A stretch of DNA of 64,000 nt. Source: Glycocaulis sp. (GTDB taxonomy: Bacteria > Pseudomonadota > Alphaproteobacteria > Caulobacterales > Maricaulaceae). Made by a program: the position numbers and the translations under genes. Shown here piece by piece: positions 9,311-19,193 of this stretch. Below the pieces are notes generated by a model, which was not told the origin of the DNA, ran no database searches, and saw nothing but the letters and a program-made list of their open reading frames with translations. The stretch lies in NCBI RefSeq assembly GCF_022565665.1, contig NZ_JAIUMI010000013.1, one strand, 5' to 3'. The stretch's first letter is position 1; each line of letters begins with the position of its first letter.

Positions 9311-10222
9311 ATGAGCCCGCGCCATTTTGCCCTCCTGTTCGCCGTCTGCCTGGTCTGGGGCATCAATTTCGTGGTGACCAAATGGTCGGTATCGGGCACG
9401 CCTGATATCGTGCCGGGCTTTGAGGGTGTGCCGCCTCTCTTCTTTGCCTGCATACGCTTTGCCCTGCTGTACGCCATGCTGGCACCCTGGCTGTTGCCGG
9501 TGCCGAAAAAGCTGGGACCGGTCTTCGGCGCGGCGATGGGCATGGGCGCGGTGCAGTTCGCCATGCTGTTCATCGGCCTGCATTACGCCACCCCGTCCTC
9601 CATCGCGATCGTGGTGCAGCTATCCGTCCCGTTCACCACCATTCTTTCCATCCTGTTCCTGAAGGAGCGGGTGGGCTGGCTGCGCGCAGGCGGCATGGCG
9701 ATGGCGTTTGCTGGGGCTTCGCTGGTGGTGCTGAAGCCGGCCGAGTTCTCCTTCACCTTCGGCCTGCTTGCCGGTGTCGGTGCGGCGATGGCCGCGGCTG
9801 TGGGCGCGATCTTCGTCAAGCGCCTCGACCTGACCGTGATCCCGCTGCAGGCATGGATCGGCCTGTTCTCATGGCCGCCGCTTCTTGCCGCCAGCCTGAT
9901 CTTCGAGAGCGGGCAGATTGAGGCAACGCTGGATGGCGGCTGGCTGTTACTGGCCACCATCATCTTCACCGTCGTGCTGGTGAACATATTCGGCCATGGC
10001 GCGTTTTACTGGCTACTGCGCCGCTATGATGCCTCGCTGATCGCGCCGATGACGTTGATGGCTCCGCTGATCGGGGTGATTTCCGGGGTCGTGCTGCTGG
10101 ACGATCCGGTGAGCTGGCAGCTGGTGGCGGGCGGCCTGATCGCGATTGCCGGTGTGGGGATCGTGGCGGCGCGCCGCTCAAAGAGCCTGCCGCCGGAAAC
10201 CGTGATACAAAAACCGCGATGA
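9311..10222 (+). CDS. EamA/DMT family transporter
   Basis: 303 aa, about 10 hydrophobic segments in the duplicated EamA arrangement. Confidence 0.85.
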   Translation: MSPRHFALLFAVCLVWGINFVVTKWSVSGTPDIVPGFEGVPPLFFACIRFALLYAMLAPWLLPVPKKLGPVFGAAMGMGAVQFAMLFIGLHYATPSSIAIVVQLSVPFTTILSILFLKERVGWLRAGGMAMAFAGASLVVLKPAEFSFTFGLLAGVGAAMAAAVGAIFVKRLDLTVIPLQAWIGLFSWPPLLAASLIFESGQIEATLDGGWLLLATIIFTVVLVNIFGHGAFYWLLRRYDASLIAPMTLMAPLIGVISGVVLLDDPVSWQLVAGGLIAIAGVGIVAARRSKSLPPETVIQKPR

Positions 10223-10899
10223 CGCGCCTGTCCCGCCCCTCGCCCAACCATGATTTGCGCGCCCTGCCGGTCAGCATGATGGTGCTGCACTATACGGGCA
10301 TGGAAACGGGCAAGGCCGCGATTGAGCGTCTCGCTGATCCCGCCGCCAAGGGCTCCGCCCATTATGTCGTCGAGGAGGATGGCGCCGTCATCGCCATGGT
10401 GGATGAGGCAAAGCGCGCCTGGCATGCGGGCCTCAGCTATTGGCGCGGCATTACCGACGTGAACTCGGCATCGGTCGGCATCGAGATCGTCAATGGCGGG
10501 CATGATTTCGCCCTGCCGGATTTCCCTGAAACCCAGATCGTGGCGGTGATCGCGCTCTCCCGGGAGATCATCGCCCGTCACGGTATCGCGCCGGTGAATG
10601 TGGTGGGCCACAGCGATATCGCGCCGGGCCGCAAGATCGATCCGGGCGAGAAATTTCCCTGGGAACGGTTGGCGCGACAGGGTGTCGGGCTCTGGCCCGC
10701 CGGGGCAGCGCCGGCGCCCCCTGACGAACCCCACGCCGCATTCCTGCTCACCGCCATCGGCTACAATCCCGATCTGCCGCTGGAAACGATCCTCACCGAG
10801 TTCCAGCGCCGCTACCGGCCCGCGCGCTTTGATGGCGTGCTGGATGATGAGACGATGGGTCTGATCGAGGCGCTGGCGGGAAAAGCCGCTCCCGCTTGA
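10219..10899 (+). CDS. N-acetylmuramoyl-L-alanine amidase (Amidase_2, AmpD/AmiD-like) with C-terminal peptidoglycan-binding-like domain
   Basis: Motifs SAHYVVEEDG...AWHAG and GHSDIAPGRKIDPG. ATGA overlap with the EamA stop. Confidence 0.85.
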   Translation: MTRLSRPSPNHDLRALPVSMMVLHYTGMETGKAAIERLADPAAKGSAHYVVEEDGAVIAMVDEAKRAWHAGLSYWRGITDVNSASVGIEIVNGGHDFALPDFPETQIVAVIALSREIIARHGIAPVNVVGHSDIAPGRKIDPGEKFPWERLARQGVGLWPAGAAPAPPDEPHAAFLLTAIGYNPDLPLETILTEFQRRYRPARFDGVLDDETMGLIEALAGKAAPA

Positions 10900-10930
10900 C
10901 CTTTCCCCCGCGAAGGCCGACTTAACACCC

Positions 10931-11336
10931 GTCAGGCGGCCGGGCAGCCGCTTCCGTCCAGTGCCGAAAGGCGGGCGGGAGAGGAAAGTCCGGGCTCCAT
11001 GGAGGCAGGGTGCCGGGGAAATCCCGGCGGGCCGGAGTTCAAGCTCCGGTTTAGGGACAGCGCCGCAGAAATCAGACCGCCGGGCACGCCCGGCAAGGGT
11101 GAAACGGTGGAGTAAGAGCCCACCGCCCCGACCGCAAGGAAGGGGGCACGGCAAGCCCCACCCGGAGCAAGACCGAATAGGGACGGACGTCCGTTTCATC
11201 GCGGGCAGGTGCGCCTCCGCATCCCGTCCGGGTAGGTCGCAAGAGGCGGCGCGCAAGCGCCGCCCCAGAGGAATGGCTGCCGCTTTTTTCCTTCGCGGAA
11301 AGAATGGCACAGAACCCGGCTTACAGGCCGCCTGAC
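10931..11336 (+). ncRNA. rnpB: RNase P RNA, bacterial type A
   Basis: Universally conserved P4 strands GAGGAAAGTCCGGGCTCC and ACAGAACCCGGCTTACAG. GGTGAAACGGTGGAGTAAGAGCCCACC module. Terminal P1 pairing of GTCAGGCGGC (10931-10940) with GCCGCCTGAC (11327-11336). Confidence 0.9.
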
Positions 11337-11435
11337 ACTTCCCCTTTCCGTGATTTTCGTGAAGTGCGCCCGCGCATTAACAATTTGTTCTTTGTGTGTT
11401 CTATTTTACTGCGGCGCAGCATGCTGTGTCTTTAC

Positions 11436-11444
11436 TTATCCACA
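11436..11444 (+). promoter_or_regulatory. perfect consensus DnaA box TTATCCACA in the dcw promoter region
   Basis: Exact 9-mer in the AT-rich spacer between rnpB and mraZ. Single site, motif only. Confidence 0.3.
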
Positions 11445-11483
11445 CCTGTAAAAACAGGCCGGGAGACTGGTTTCGGCATTGTT

Positions 11484-11509
11484 TCCCATGAAATCCCATG
11501 GTATCCCAT
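11484..11509 (-). promoter_or_regulatory. putative MraZ operator: TGGGA-N5-TGGGA-N5-TGGGA
   Basis: Top strand TCCCAT at 11484, 11494 and 11504 (exact 10-bp phasing). Lies 58 nt upstream of the mraZ ATG. Resembles the three phased TGGGN repeats described for the E. coli MraZ operator. Confidence 0.5.
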
Positions 11510-11566
11510 TGTTAACCACGCGAGGGGCCGAGTTGCGCGTGCGGGTGCCGGGGAGACCAGACGGAG

Positions 11567-12028
11567 ATGTTTTTCTCCACCACTACCAACGGGATAGACG
11601 CCAAGGGACGGGTTTCCGTCCCGGCCGATTTCCGTGCCGTGGTGGCAGGCGAACGGTTCGGCGGCATCTATGTATGGTGTTCGTTTAATGGACCGTTCCT
11701 GGAAGGCGGCGGCGAGGCGCTGATGGCCGAAATGGCCGCTGCCATCGATGCCATGGACCCGTATGATGATGCGCGCACCGCGTTCGAGCGGGTGATTTTT
11801 GGCGGCGCCCGCCCCTTGTCCTTCGATGCGACGGGCCGGGTCTCCCTGCCGCGCGAGTTTGCCGAATATGCCGGGCTGGACGCGAAGGCGACTTTCGTCG
11901 GCATGGGGCGCCGGTTCGAGATCTGGTCGCCTGAAGCCCATGCCGAGCGCCACGCCCGCGATCTCGATCATGCCCGTCAGAACAAGTCGGCCCTGCGCCG
12001 TCCGCCGCGTCCGGCAGGGGGTGTGTGA
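11567..12028 (+). CDS. mraZ: division/cell wall cluster transcriptional regulator MraZ
   Basis: 153 aa. Two SpoVT/AbrB-like repeats: [15 protein letters not shown] and [12 protein letters not shown]. Confidence 0.92.
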   Translation: MFFSTTTNGIDAKGRVSVPADFRAVVAGERFGGIYVWCSFNGPFLEGGGEALMAEMAAAIDAMDPYDDARTAFERVIFGGARPLSFDATGRVSLPREFAEYAGLDAKATFVGMGRRFEIWSPEAHAERHARDLDHARQNKSALRRPPRPAGGV

Positions 12029-13023
12029 TGGCCCATGTCCCGGTTCTGCTTACCGAGGTGCTGGACGTGCTCAAGCCCCGTTCGGGCGGGCTCTATGTCG
12101 ACGGCACGTTCGGTGCGGGCGGCTATACGCGCGCCGTGCTGGGCGTGGAGGGTGCGCGCGTGATCGGAATTGACCGCGATCCCGGCGCGCTGCCCATGGC
12201 GGCCCAGATGAAGCAGGGCTTTCCCGGGCGGTTTGCCTTCCAGTCCGGTCCCTTCTCGATGATGGAAGACATTCTCGCCCTCTCCGGAGCGGAGGGTGTG
12301 GACGGGGTGATGCTCGATCTGGGCGTCTCTTCCATGCAGATCGACGAGGCTGATCGGGGTTTCTCCTTCCAGAAGGACGGTCCGCTGGACATGCGCATGT
12401 CGCGCTCCGGTCCCAGCGCGGCGGATGCCGTCAATCATCTTGAGGCGGACGAGTTGGCCGCAATCTTCAAGGTGTATGGCGAGGAGCGTCATGCCCGCCG
12501 CGCCGCGCGCGCCATCGAGGAGACCCGCGCCGAAAAACCGTTCGAGCGTACGCTTGAGCTTGCCGAGCTTCTCGCCCGGGTCATCGGCGGCAAGCCGGGG
12601 CGCATCCATCCGGCCACCCGCGCGTTTCAGGGGCTTCGCATTTTCGTCAATGACGAGTTGGGCGAGCTTGTCCGCGCGCTGGGTGCGGCCGAGCGCGTGC
12701 TCAAGCCCGCAGGTGTGCTGGCCGTGGTCACTTTCCACTCGCTGGAAGACCGGATCGTGAAGACGTTTTTGCGTGCGCGCGCTGGCCTGATGGGTCAGGG
12801 CTCGCGCCATGCGCCGGAAGTTGAAAAGGGCCCGGAGCCCAGTTTCGCGCTGCTGACCCGCAAGGCGGTCGAGCCGTCCGAAGAGGAAATGGCGGCCAAT
12901 CCGCGTGCGCGGTCCTCGCGCCTGCGTGCGGCCAGCCGCACCACCAATCCCGCCTGGCCGGCCACGGACGATGGTCTGCCCGGCGTTCCCCCTTACAGCC
13001 GTCTGATGGAGTGCGTATCATGA
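12025..13023 (+). CDS. rsmH: 16S rRNA (cytosine1402-N4)-methyltransferase RsmH
   Basis: [29 protein letters not shown]. Start is GTG 12025 or ATG 12028, both overlapping the mraZ TGA. Confidence 0.93.
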   Translation: MMAHVPVLLTEVLDVLKPRSGGLYVDGTFGAGGYTRAVLGVEGARVIGIDRDPGALPMAAQMKQGFPGRFAFQSGPFSMMEDILALSGAEGVDGVMLDLGVSSMQIDEADRGFSFQKDGPLDMRMSRSGPSAADAVNHLEADELAAIFKVYGEERHARRAARAIEETRAEKPFERTLELAELLARVIGGKPGRIHPATRAFQGLRIFVNDELGELVRALGAAERVLKPAGVLAVVTFHSLEDRIVKTFLRARAGLMGQGSRHAPEVEKGPEPSFALLTRKAVEPSEEEMAANPRARSSRLRAASRTTNPAWPATDDGLPGVPPYSRLMECVS

Positions 13024-13376
13024 TGCGCCTTGTCCTGTTTTTCTGTGTGATTGGCGGGCTCGCCCTTCTGGGCGCGCTCTATGTGGCCAAGGCCGAAGTG
13101 GATGCCGCCCAGGCGCGTCTGGCCGGCCTGCAGGCCGAGTTGGCACAGGAGCGAGCGCGGATCAACACGCTGACCGCCAATATCGCGCACCTGGAAGATC
13201 CGGAGCATCTGCGTCACCTCGCCCGGACCCATCTGGGTTTCGAGCCGGTCAGCTCCGCGCAGGAACTGACCCTTGCCGAACTGGCGCAGGTGCGCGCCGA
13301 GGCCGAGCGCATGGCGCCGCAGACCGCGCAGGCGCGCTGGCAGGGTGAATTGCCCCAGACAAGAGGGCGTCCATGA
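13020..13376 (+). CDS. ftsL: cell division protein FtsL (alphaproteobacterial type)
   Basis: Position between rsmH and ftsI. Single N-terminal TM ([19 protein letters not shown]) then a coiled-coil. ATG overlaps the rsmH stop (ATGATG). Confidence 0.7.
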   Translation: MMRLVLFFCVIGGLALLGALYVAKAEVDAAQARLAGLQAELAQERARINTLTANIAHLEDPEHLRHLARTHLGFEPVSSAQELTLAELAQVRAEAERMAPQTAQARWQGELPQTRGRP

Positions 13377-15184
13377 AAGCTTGGCTTGCGCGTCTTTCCG
13401 GCAGGGTAAGGGTGCGCCGCTCCGGCGGCGGACTTGCTCCTGCCCGCCCGCGCGAGCTCTCCGGCTTTGGCGAAACCGATCTCATCCGGCTGGAAGACGA
13501 GGCCGGGCTGGCGGTCGGGCGCACGCGTCTCCGCCTGTCGCTCATCGGGCTGGTAATCGGGGCAGGCTTCGTCATCGCGTCCGGCCGGGCGGTCGAGCTG
13601 GCCATGGCGGGCGCCTTTGCTGAAGCGGCGCCGGTGCGCGTGGCCGAGGCGCCGGTGCGCCGCGGCGAGATACATGATCGCAATGGCCAGCTGCTCGCCG
13701 GCAATCTGGATTTCCACTCCCTCTTTGCCGATCCGCGCCAGGTATGGGACCCGGCTGACACGGCCCGGCAGCTGGCCACCGTTCTGCCCGATATTGATGT
13801 GGAGCGCCTGAGCCGCGAGCTGGGCTCCAACCGCCGCTTTGTCTGGGTGGCGCGCGGATTGTCGCCGCGGGAACGTCAGGCCATCCATCTGCTCGGCCTT
13901 CCGGGGCTGGGCTTCCGCGTGGAGCCGGGACGGGTCTATCCGCGCCGCAGGCTGGCCGCGCACCTTGTCGGCTATACCGACCGCGACCTTGCCGGCCTTG
14001 CCGGAGCCGAGCGGGCCTTCAATGCCGAGCTGAATGACGGTTCGGGCCGTCCGGTCAGCCTGTCCATTCATCTAGCGGCGCAAGATGCGCTGGAAACCGT
14101 GCTGCGCGAGCGCATGGAGCGCTACTCGGCGCAGGGCGCGATGGCGGTTCTGATGCGCGTGGGCACCGGAGAGATCATCGCGCTCGCCTCACTGCCCGAC
14201 TATAATCCCAACCAGGCCGGTTCGACCGAGGCGGCGCTGCGCTTCAACCGGCCGGTGCAGGGTGTTTATGAGCTGGGCTCGGTGTTCAAGCCGCTGACCC
14301 TCGCGGCCGGTATCGAGTCCGGCTCGGTGCGTCTTGATGACACTTTCGACGCGCGCGAGCCGATCCAGGTCGGTTCTCACCGTATCCGCGATTTCCGCCC
14401 GCAGCGCCGCATTCTCAATGCCCGCGAGGTGATCATTCACTCCTCCAATATCGGTGCGGCCCGCATGGCCGAACAGATGGGCCGCGAGACGCTGATCAAT
14501 TTCTACGCCGATCTCGGCCTGTTCGAGCGTCCGCCGCTGGAACTGGTGGAGACGGGCCAGCCCATGCTGCCCGCCCGGTGGGGCCGGGCCGAAGTGATGA
14601 CCGCCTCCTACGGCCACGGCTTCAATGTGACGCCTGTGGCGCTGGCGGCGGCCTATGCTGCGCTGGCCAATGACGGCATCTACACCCCGCCCACGCTGCG
14701 CCCTGTCGGGCCGGGCGATATCGTGCCGCAGGTGCCGGTGATGAGCTCTGCGACGGCCGCCCAGGTGCTGGGCGTCATGCGCGCCTCGGTGGCCGGCGGC
14801 CAGGCTGACCGGCCGGGCCTTGCCATTGCCGGCAAGACGGGCACCGCACAGCGTATCGTCAACGGGCGCTATCAGGTGGGCAATGTCCTCACCAGCTTTG
14901 TCGGCATTTTCCCGTTTGATGACCCTCAATACGTGCTGGTGATCAGCCTCGATCAGCCCCGTCCCACCCGCGAGACGCACGGCTTCAACACCGCAGGCTG
15001 GAATGCGGCGCCCACGGGCGGCGAGATCATAGAGCGCGTCGCCCCCATGCTGGGGGTGGGTCTGCGCGAGGCTGATCCCGGTGCGCGCGTGCAGAATGTC
15101 GCCCGGCTCTTCGTGCCGAGAACGCCAGTAAGGCCGGGTCCAGAAGAGCCGGTGGAGCTGGCCAGCACGGGAGAGGAACCATGA
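13373..15184 (+). CDS. ftsI: peptidoglycan D,D-transpeptidase FtsI (PBP3)
   Basis: SxxK (GSVFKP), SxN (HSSNIG), KTG (GKTGTA). ATGA overlap with ftsL. Confidence 0.92.
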   Translation: MKAWLARLSGRVRVRRSGGGLAPARPRELSGFGETDLIRLEDEAGLAVGRTRLRLSLIGLVIGAGFVIASGRAVELAMAGAFAEAAPVRVAEAPVRRGEIHDRNGQLLAGNLDFHSLFADPRQVWDPADTARQLATVLPDIDVERLSRELGSNRRFVWVARGLSPRERQAIHLLGLPGLGFRVEPGRVYPRRRLAAHLVGYTDRDLAGLAGAERAFNAELNDGSGRPVSLSIHLAAQDALETVLRERMERYSAQGAMAVLMRVGTGEIIALASLPDYNPNQAGSTEAALRFNRPVQGVYELGSVFKPLTLAAGIESGSVRLDDTFDAREPIQVGSHRIRDFRPQRRILNAREVIIHSSNIGAARMAEQMGRETLINFYADLGLFERPPLELVETGQPMLPARWGRAEVMTASYGHGFNVTPVALAAAYAALANDGIYTPPTLRPVGPGDIVPQVPVMSSATAAQVLGVMRASVAGGQADRPGLAIAGKTGTAQRIVNGRYQVGNVLTSFVGIFPFDDPQYVLVISLDQPRPTRETHGFNTAGWNAAPTGGEIIERVAPMLGVGLREADPGARVQNVARLFVPRTPVRPGPEEPVELASTGEEP

Positions 15185-16662
15185 GCGTGCGCCGGTTGGC
15201 CGATCTTCTGCCTGAAGGGCTGCGCGCGGCTGCAGGAGCAGAGGGGCTCAGTGTAACGGGACTTGCGCTGGACAGCCGGGCGGTAAAGCCCGGCTTCGTC
15301 TTTGCCGCGCTGCCGGGCGTGACCACACACGGCAACGCCTTCATCGGCGCGGCTGTCGCCGCGGGCGCCGCTGCTGTACTGGCTGAACGGGGCACCAGGG
15401 CCGATGTGCCGGTGATCGAGGCGGATGATCCGCGCGAGGCGCTGGCCGCCATGGCCGCGCGCTTCCATCCGCGTCAGCCGCAATGCATTGCCGCCATTAC
15501 CGGCACGAACGGGAAGAGCTCCACGGTCGAATTCCTGCGCCAGATCTGGGCGAAAGCCGGGTTCGAGGCGGCTGCGCTGGGGACGCTGGGCGTTACCCGC
15601 GCGTCCGGGCGCACCGATGTGGGTTACACGACGCCGGACGCCATCGCCCTTCACGCCGCGCTGGATGCGCTGGCCGGTGAGGGCGTGACGCATCTGGCCA
15701 TGGAGGCGTCCAGCCACGGGCTGAAGCAGCGCCGCATGGACAGGGCGAAGATCACGCTGGCGGGCTTTTCCAACCTCACCCAGGACCATCTCGATTATCA
15801 CCCCGATTTCGAGGACTATTTTGAGTCCAAGATGCGCCTGTTTGATGCGCTGTTACCCGAAGGCGCGCCCGCCGTCATCACCGTCGATGGCGAGTGGGGC
15901 GAGGCGGTGGTACGCCGCGCGCAGGGCCGCCATCAGCAGATCGTATCGGTGGGCTGGAAGGGCCGCGACCTTCAGCTGAAGGAAATCACGCCGGAAGCGG
16001 CCAGCCAGCATGTCCGCTTTGTGTATGAGGGGCGCGAGCGCAGTCTCGTCCTGCCCCTGATGGGCGAGTTTCAGGCCAATAACGCGTTTCAGGCCGCCGG
16101 GATGGCGCTGGCCAGCGGCGTGGATGCAGACACGGTTTTCGCCGCTCTTGAAGAGTTGAAGGGCGTGCCGGGGCGGCTGGAACTGGCAGGCGTCACGCCA
16201 TCGGGCGCGCCGGTTCTGATCGACTATGCGCATACGCCTGATGGTCTGGACAAGCTGTTGCGCGCGGCGCGTCCGCACAGCGCGGGCAAGGTCGTCGTCG
16301 TGTTTGGCGCAGGCGGAGACCGTGATCCCACCAAGCGGGAGAAAATGGGCGCAGTGGCGGCCAGGCTGGCCGACCGGGTGATCGTGACCGATGACAATCC
16401 GCGCTCCGAAGAGCCAGCCACCATCCGCGCAGCGATCCTGAAAGGCGCGCCGGGCGCAACCGAGATCGGCGACCGGGAGAAGGCTATTCGCACCGCGATT
16501 GAAGGCCTTGCTGATGGTGACACGCTGCTGATCGCAGGCAAGGGCCACGAGACTGGTCAGACCATAAAGGGCGTCGTGCATCCCTTCGATGACGGGGAGG
16601 TGGCAAGGCGCGTGATCGCAGAACTGGACACCACATCAGCGGGCAAGGGGAGGGGCCGGTGA
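15181..16662 (+). CDS. murE: UDP-N-acetylmuramoyl-L-alanyl-D-glutamate--2,6-diaminopimelate ligase
   Basis: ITGTNGKSST P-loop and DNPR motif (TDDNPRSE). ATGA overlap with ftsI. Confidence 0.93.
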   Translation: MSVRRLADLLPEGLRAAAGAEGLSVTGLALDSRAVKPGFVFAALPGVTTHGNAFIGAAVAAGAAAVLAERGTRADVPVIEADDPREALAAMAARFHPRQPQCIAAITGTNGKSSTVEFLRQIWAKAGFEAAALGTLGVTRASGRTDVGYTTPDAIALHAALDALAGEGVTHLAMEASSHGLKQRRMDRAKITLAGFSNLTQDHLDYHPDFEDYFESKMRLFDALLPEGAPAVITVDGEWGEAVVRRAQGRHQQIVSVGWKGRDLQLKEITPEAASQHVRFVYEGRERSLVLPLMGEFQANNAFQAAGMALASGVDADTVFAALEELKGVPGRLELAGVTPSGAPVLIDYAHTPDGLDKLLRAARPHSAGKVVVVFGAGGDRDPTKREKMGAVAARLADRVIVTDDNPRSEEPATIRAAILKGAPGATEIGDREKAIRTAIEGLADGDTLLIAGKGHETGQTIKGVVHPFDDGEVARRVIAELDTTSAGKGRGR

Positions 16663-18074
16663 TGAGCGGACCATTATGGAGCGGCTGGGAGGCCGCGCGG
16701 GCGACCGGCGGGCGTCTGGTCGGCGCCGAAGACTGGACCGCGAGCGGCGTCTCCATCGATACCCGCACGCTGAAACCCGGTGATCTCTTCGTGGCGCTCA
16801 AGGACCAGCGCGACGGGCATGATTTCGTGCCGGCAGCGGAAAAGGCGGGTGCTGCGGCCTCGATTGTTGCCAGGGAGGATGCGGGCACCGGCCCGCGCCT
16901 TGTCGTGCCCGATGTGCTGGAAGCCCTGCAAAGGCTCGGTGTCGCCGCGCGCGAGCGTAATGCGGCGCTGCGCGTCGGCGTGACGGGTTCGGTCGGCAAG
17001 ACTTCGGTGAAGGAAGCCATTGCGGCTGTGTTCCGCGCGGCGGGGCCTGCCCACTGGAGCGTGAAATCCTACAACAACCATTGGGGCGTGCCGCTCACTC
17101 TGGCGCGCATGCCGAAGGATACCGAGCGTGCTGTGTTCGAGATGGGCATGAATCATGCTGGCGAGATCGCTGCACTGACGACACAGGTCCAGCCCCATAT
17201 AGCGCTGATCACCCGCATCGCGCCGGCGCATCTGGAAAATCTCGGCTCGATGGAAGCCATTGCCGACGCAAAGTCGGAGATATTTGCCGGCCTTGCCCCC
17301 GATGGCGTGGCCGTGATCCCGGCCGATTGCGAGTTTGCCGCTCGCCTGTCCGCCCGTGTGAGCGAGAGCCAGGCCGCCTTCCTGCTGGAGTTTGGCCGTG
17401 CGCCGCACGCTGCGGTACGGGTGCTGTCATGGGAAGACGGTCCGGAGAGCGGATCGGGCCGGTTCGACGTGATGGGCCGCCTTGTCAACGTGACCATACC
17501 TGCTCCCGGCGCGCATCAGGCGATGAATGCGGCTGCGGTCATGGCGGCATGCGTGGCGGCAGGTATCGAAGCGGGGATGGTGGCTGACGTGCTCGCCGGA
17601 CTGACCGCGCAGGCGGGCCGGGGTGCCAGTTTCGAGATCACGCTGGAAGAGGGCGGAAAAGTCCGCATTCTTGATGACAGCTATAACGCCAATCCGGTGT
17701 CGATGGCCTCCGCGATAGCCACGCTCGGCCGGCATCAGCCGGCAGGCAAGGGCAGGCGCGTGGCGGTGCTGGGGGAGATGCTGGAGATCGGCGAAACTTC
17801 CCGGGAGCGTCACCGCGAACTGGCCACGCATCTCGTTGACGCCGGTGTGTCAGAGGTGATTGGCGTGGGCGCGATGATGGAGCACATGATCGCCGCACTG
17901 CCGGACAGCACACGCTCCCATCTTGTCCGTTCACCGGAAAGGGCGGTTGAAAAACTGCTCTCGGGCCTGCGCGCGGGCGATGTGGTGCTGATCAAGGGCT
18001 CCAACGCGTCGGGCGTTCATAAAGTAGTCGCAAGTTTGCGGAACGGTGCCGCCACGGCTCCCGTCAAAGGCTGA
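16659..18074 (+). CDS. murF: UDP-N-acetylmuramoyl-tripeptide--D-alanyl-D-alanine ligase
   Basis: [10 protein letters not shown]-loop, Mur ligase domains. GTG 16659 or ATG 16662 overlaps the murE stop. Confidence 0.92.
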   Translation: MMSGPLWSGWEAARATGGRLVGAEDWTASGVSIDTRTLKPGDLFVALKDQRDGHDFVPAAEKAGAAASIVAREDAGTGPRLVVPDVLEALQRLGVAARERNAALRVGVTGSVGKTSVKEAIAAVFRAAGPAHWSVKSYNNHWGVPLTLARMPKDTERAVFEMGMNHAGEIAALTTQVQPHIALITRIAPAHLENLGSMEAIADAKSEIFAGLAPDGVAVIPADCEFAARLSARVSESQAAFLLEFGRAPHAAVRVLSWEDGPESGSGRFDVMGRLVNVTIPAPGAHQAMNAAAVMAACVAAGIEAGMVADVLAGLTAQAGRGASFEITLEEGGKVRILDDSYNANPVSMASAIATLGRHQPAGKGRRVAVLGEMLEIGETSRERHRELATHLVDAGVSEVIGVGAMMEHMIAALPDSTRSHLVRSPERAVEKLLSGLRAGDVVLIKGSNASGVHKVVASLRNGAATAPVKG

Positions 18075-18082
18075 TTTTTACC

Positions 18083-19183
18083 ATGCTCTATTTGCTTTTT
18101 TCCCCGCTCGCCCAGGACATCATCCTCTTCAACGTCGTCAACTACCTGACCTTCCGCACCGGCGCAGGGCTGATCACGGCCTTCATCGTGGCGATCCTGA
18201 TCGGCAAGCCCTTCATCAGCTGGCTGAAGACCAAGGGTACCCAGCCCATCCGCGATGACGGCCCGGAATCCCATGTGCTGACCAAGGCTGGCACGCCCAC
18301 CATGGGCGGTTTCATCATCCTGATCGGCATTCTGGTGGGCACGCTTTTGTGGGCTGATCTCACCAATCCCTATATCTGGGTCGTGATCCTCGTCACGGCA
18401 GGCTTTGGCGGCATCGGTTTCATCGATGACTGGCGCAAGGTGACCAAGCGCTCCAGCGCGGGCATTTCCGGCAAGATGAAGCTTGCTTTGCAGTCCGTGG
18501 TCGCGCTCATCGCCGTCATCTGGATGACCGAGCTTCTGTCCAGTGCCCCGAACGTACCCGACGGGTTTGCCACCTCCATTGCGGTGCCATTCTTCAAGGA
18601 AGTGCTGATCCCGCTGGGCTATGGCTTCTTCCTTTTCGGCCTGATCGTGATCGTGGGCGCGTCCAATGCGGTGAACATCACCGACGGTCTGGATGGCCTG
18701 GCTATCGTGCCGGTGATGATCGCGGCCGCCTCGTTCGGCTTCATCGCCTATTTCGTCGGCTCGGCGGTCTATTCCAATTATCTGTTCCTGAATTTCACGC
18801 CCGGCACGGGCGAGCTGGCTGTGATCTGCGGGGCGATCCTGGGGGCGGGCCTGGGCTTTCTCTGGTATAATGCACCCCCTGCCATGGTGTTCATGGGCGA
18901 TACCGGCTCGCTCTCGCTGGGCGGGGCGCTGGGCACCATTGCCGTGGCGGTCAAGCACGAGATCGTGCTGGCCATTATTGGCGGGCTTTTCGTGCTGGAA
19001 GCCCTCTCGGTGATGATCCAGGTGGCCAGCTACAAGCTCACCGGCAAGCGCGTCTTCCGCATGGCCCCCATCCATCACCATTTCGAGAAAATGGGCTGGG
19101 CTGAACCCACAATCGTGATCCGCTTCTGGATCATCGCCGTGGTGCTGGCCCTGATCGGTCTGTCCACCCTGAAGCTGAGGTAA
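18083..19183 (+). CDS. mraY: phospho-N-acetylmuramoyl-pentapeptide-transferase
   Basis: [25 protein letters not shown]. 10 TM. Confidence 0.95.
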   Translation: MLYLLFSPLAQDIILFNVVNYLTFRTGAGLITAFIVAILIGKPFISWLKTKGTQPIRDDGPESHVLTKAGTPTMGGFIILIGILVGTLLWADLTNPYIWVVILVTAGFGGIGFIDDWRKVTKRSSAGISGKMKLALQSVVALIAVIWMTELLSSAPNVPDGFATSIAVPFFKEVLIPLGYGFFLFGLIVIVGASNAVNITDGLDGLAIVPVMIAAASFGFIAYFVGSAVYSNYLFLNFTPGTGELAVICGAILGAGLGFLWYNAPPAMVFMGDTGSLSLGGALGTIAVAVKHEIVLAIIGGLFVLEALSVMIQVASYKLTGKRVFRMAPIHHHFEKMGWAEPTIVIRFWIIAVVLALIGLSTLKLR

Positions 19184-19193
19184 TCGTGCCCTC

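Noticed and set aside
10024-11310. 428-aa minus-strand ORF spanning the amidase gene and rnpB
   Set aside because: It runs antisense to a well-supported amidase CDS and straight through the RNase P RNA. The composition is Arg/Gly/Pro/Ala-rich and low in complexity. This is a typical high-GC antisense artefact.
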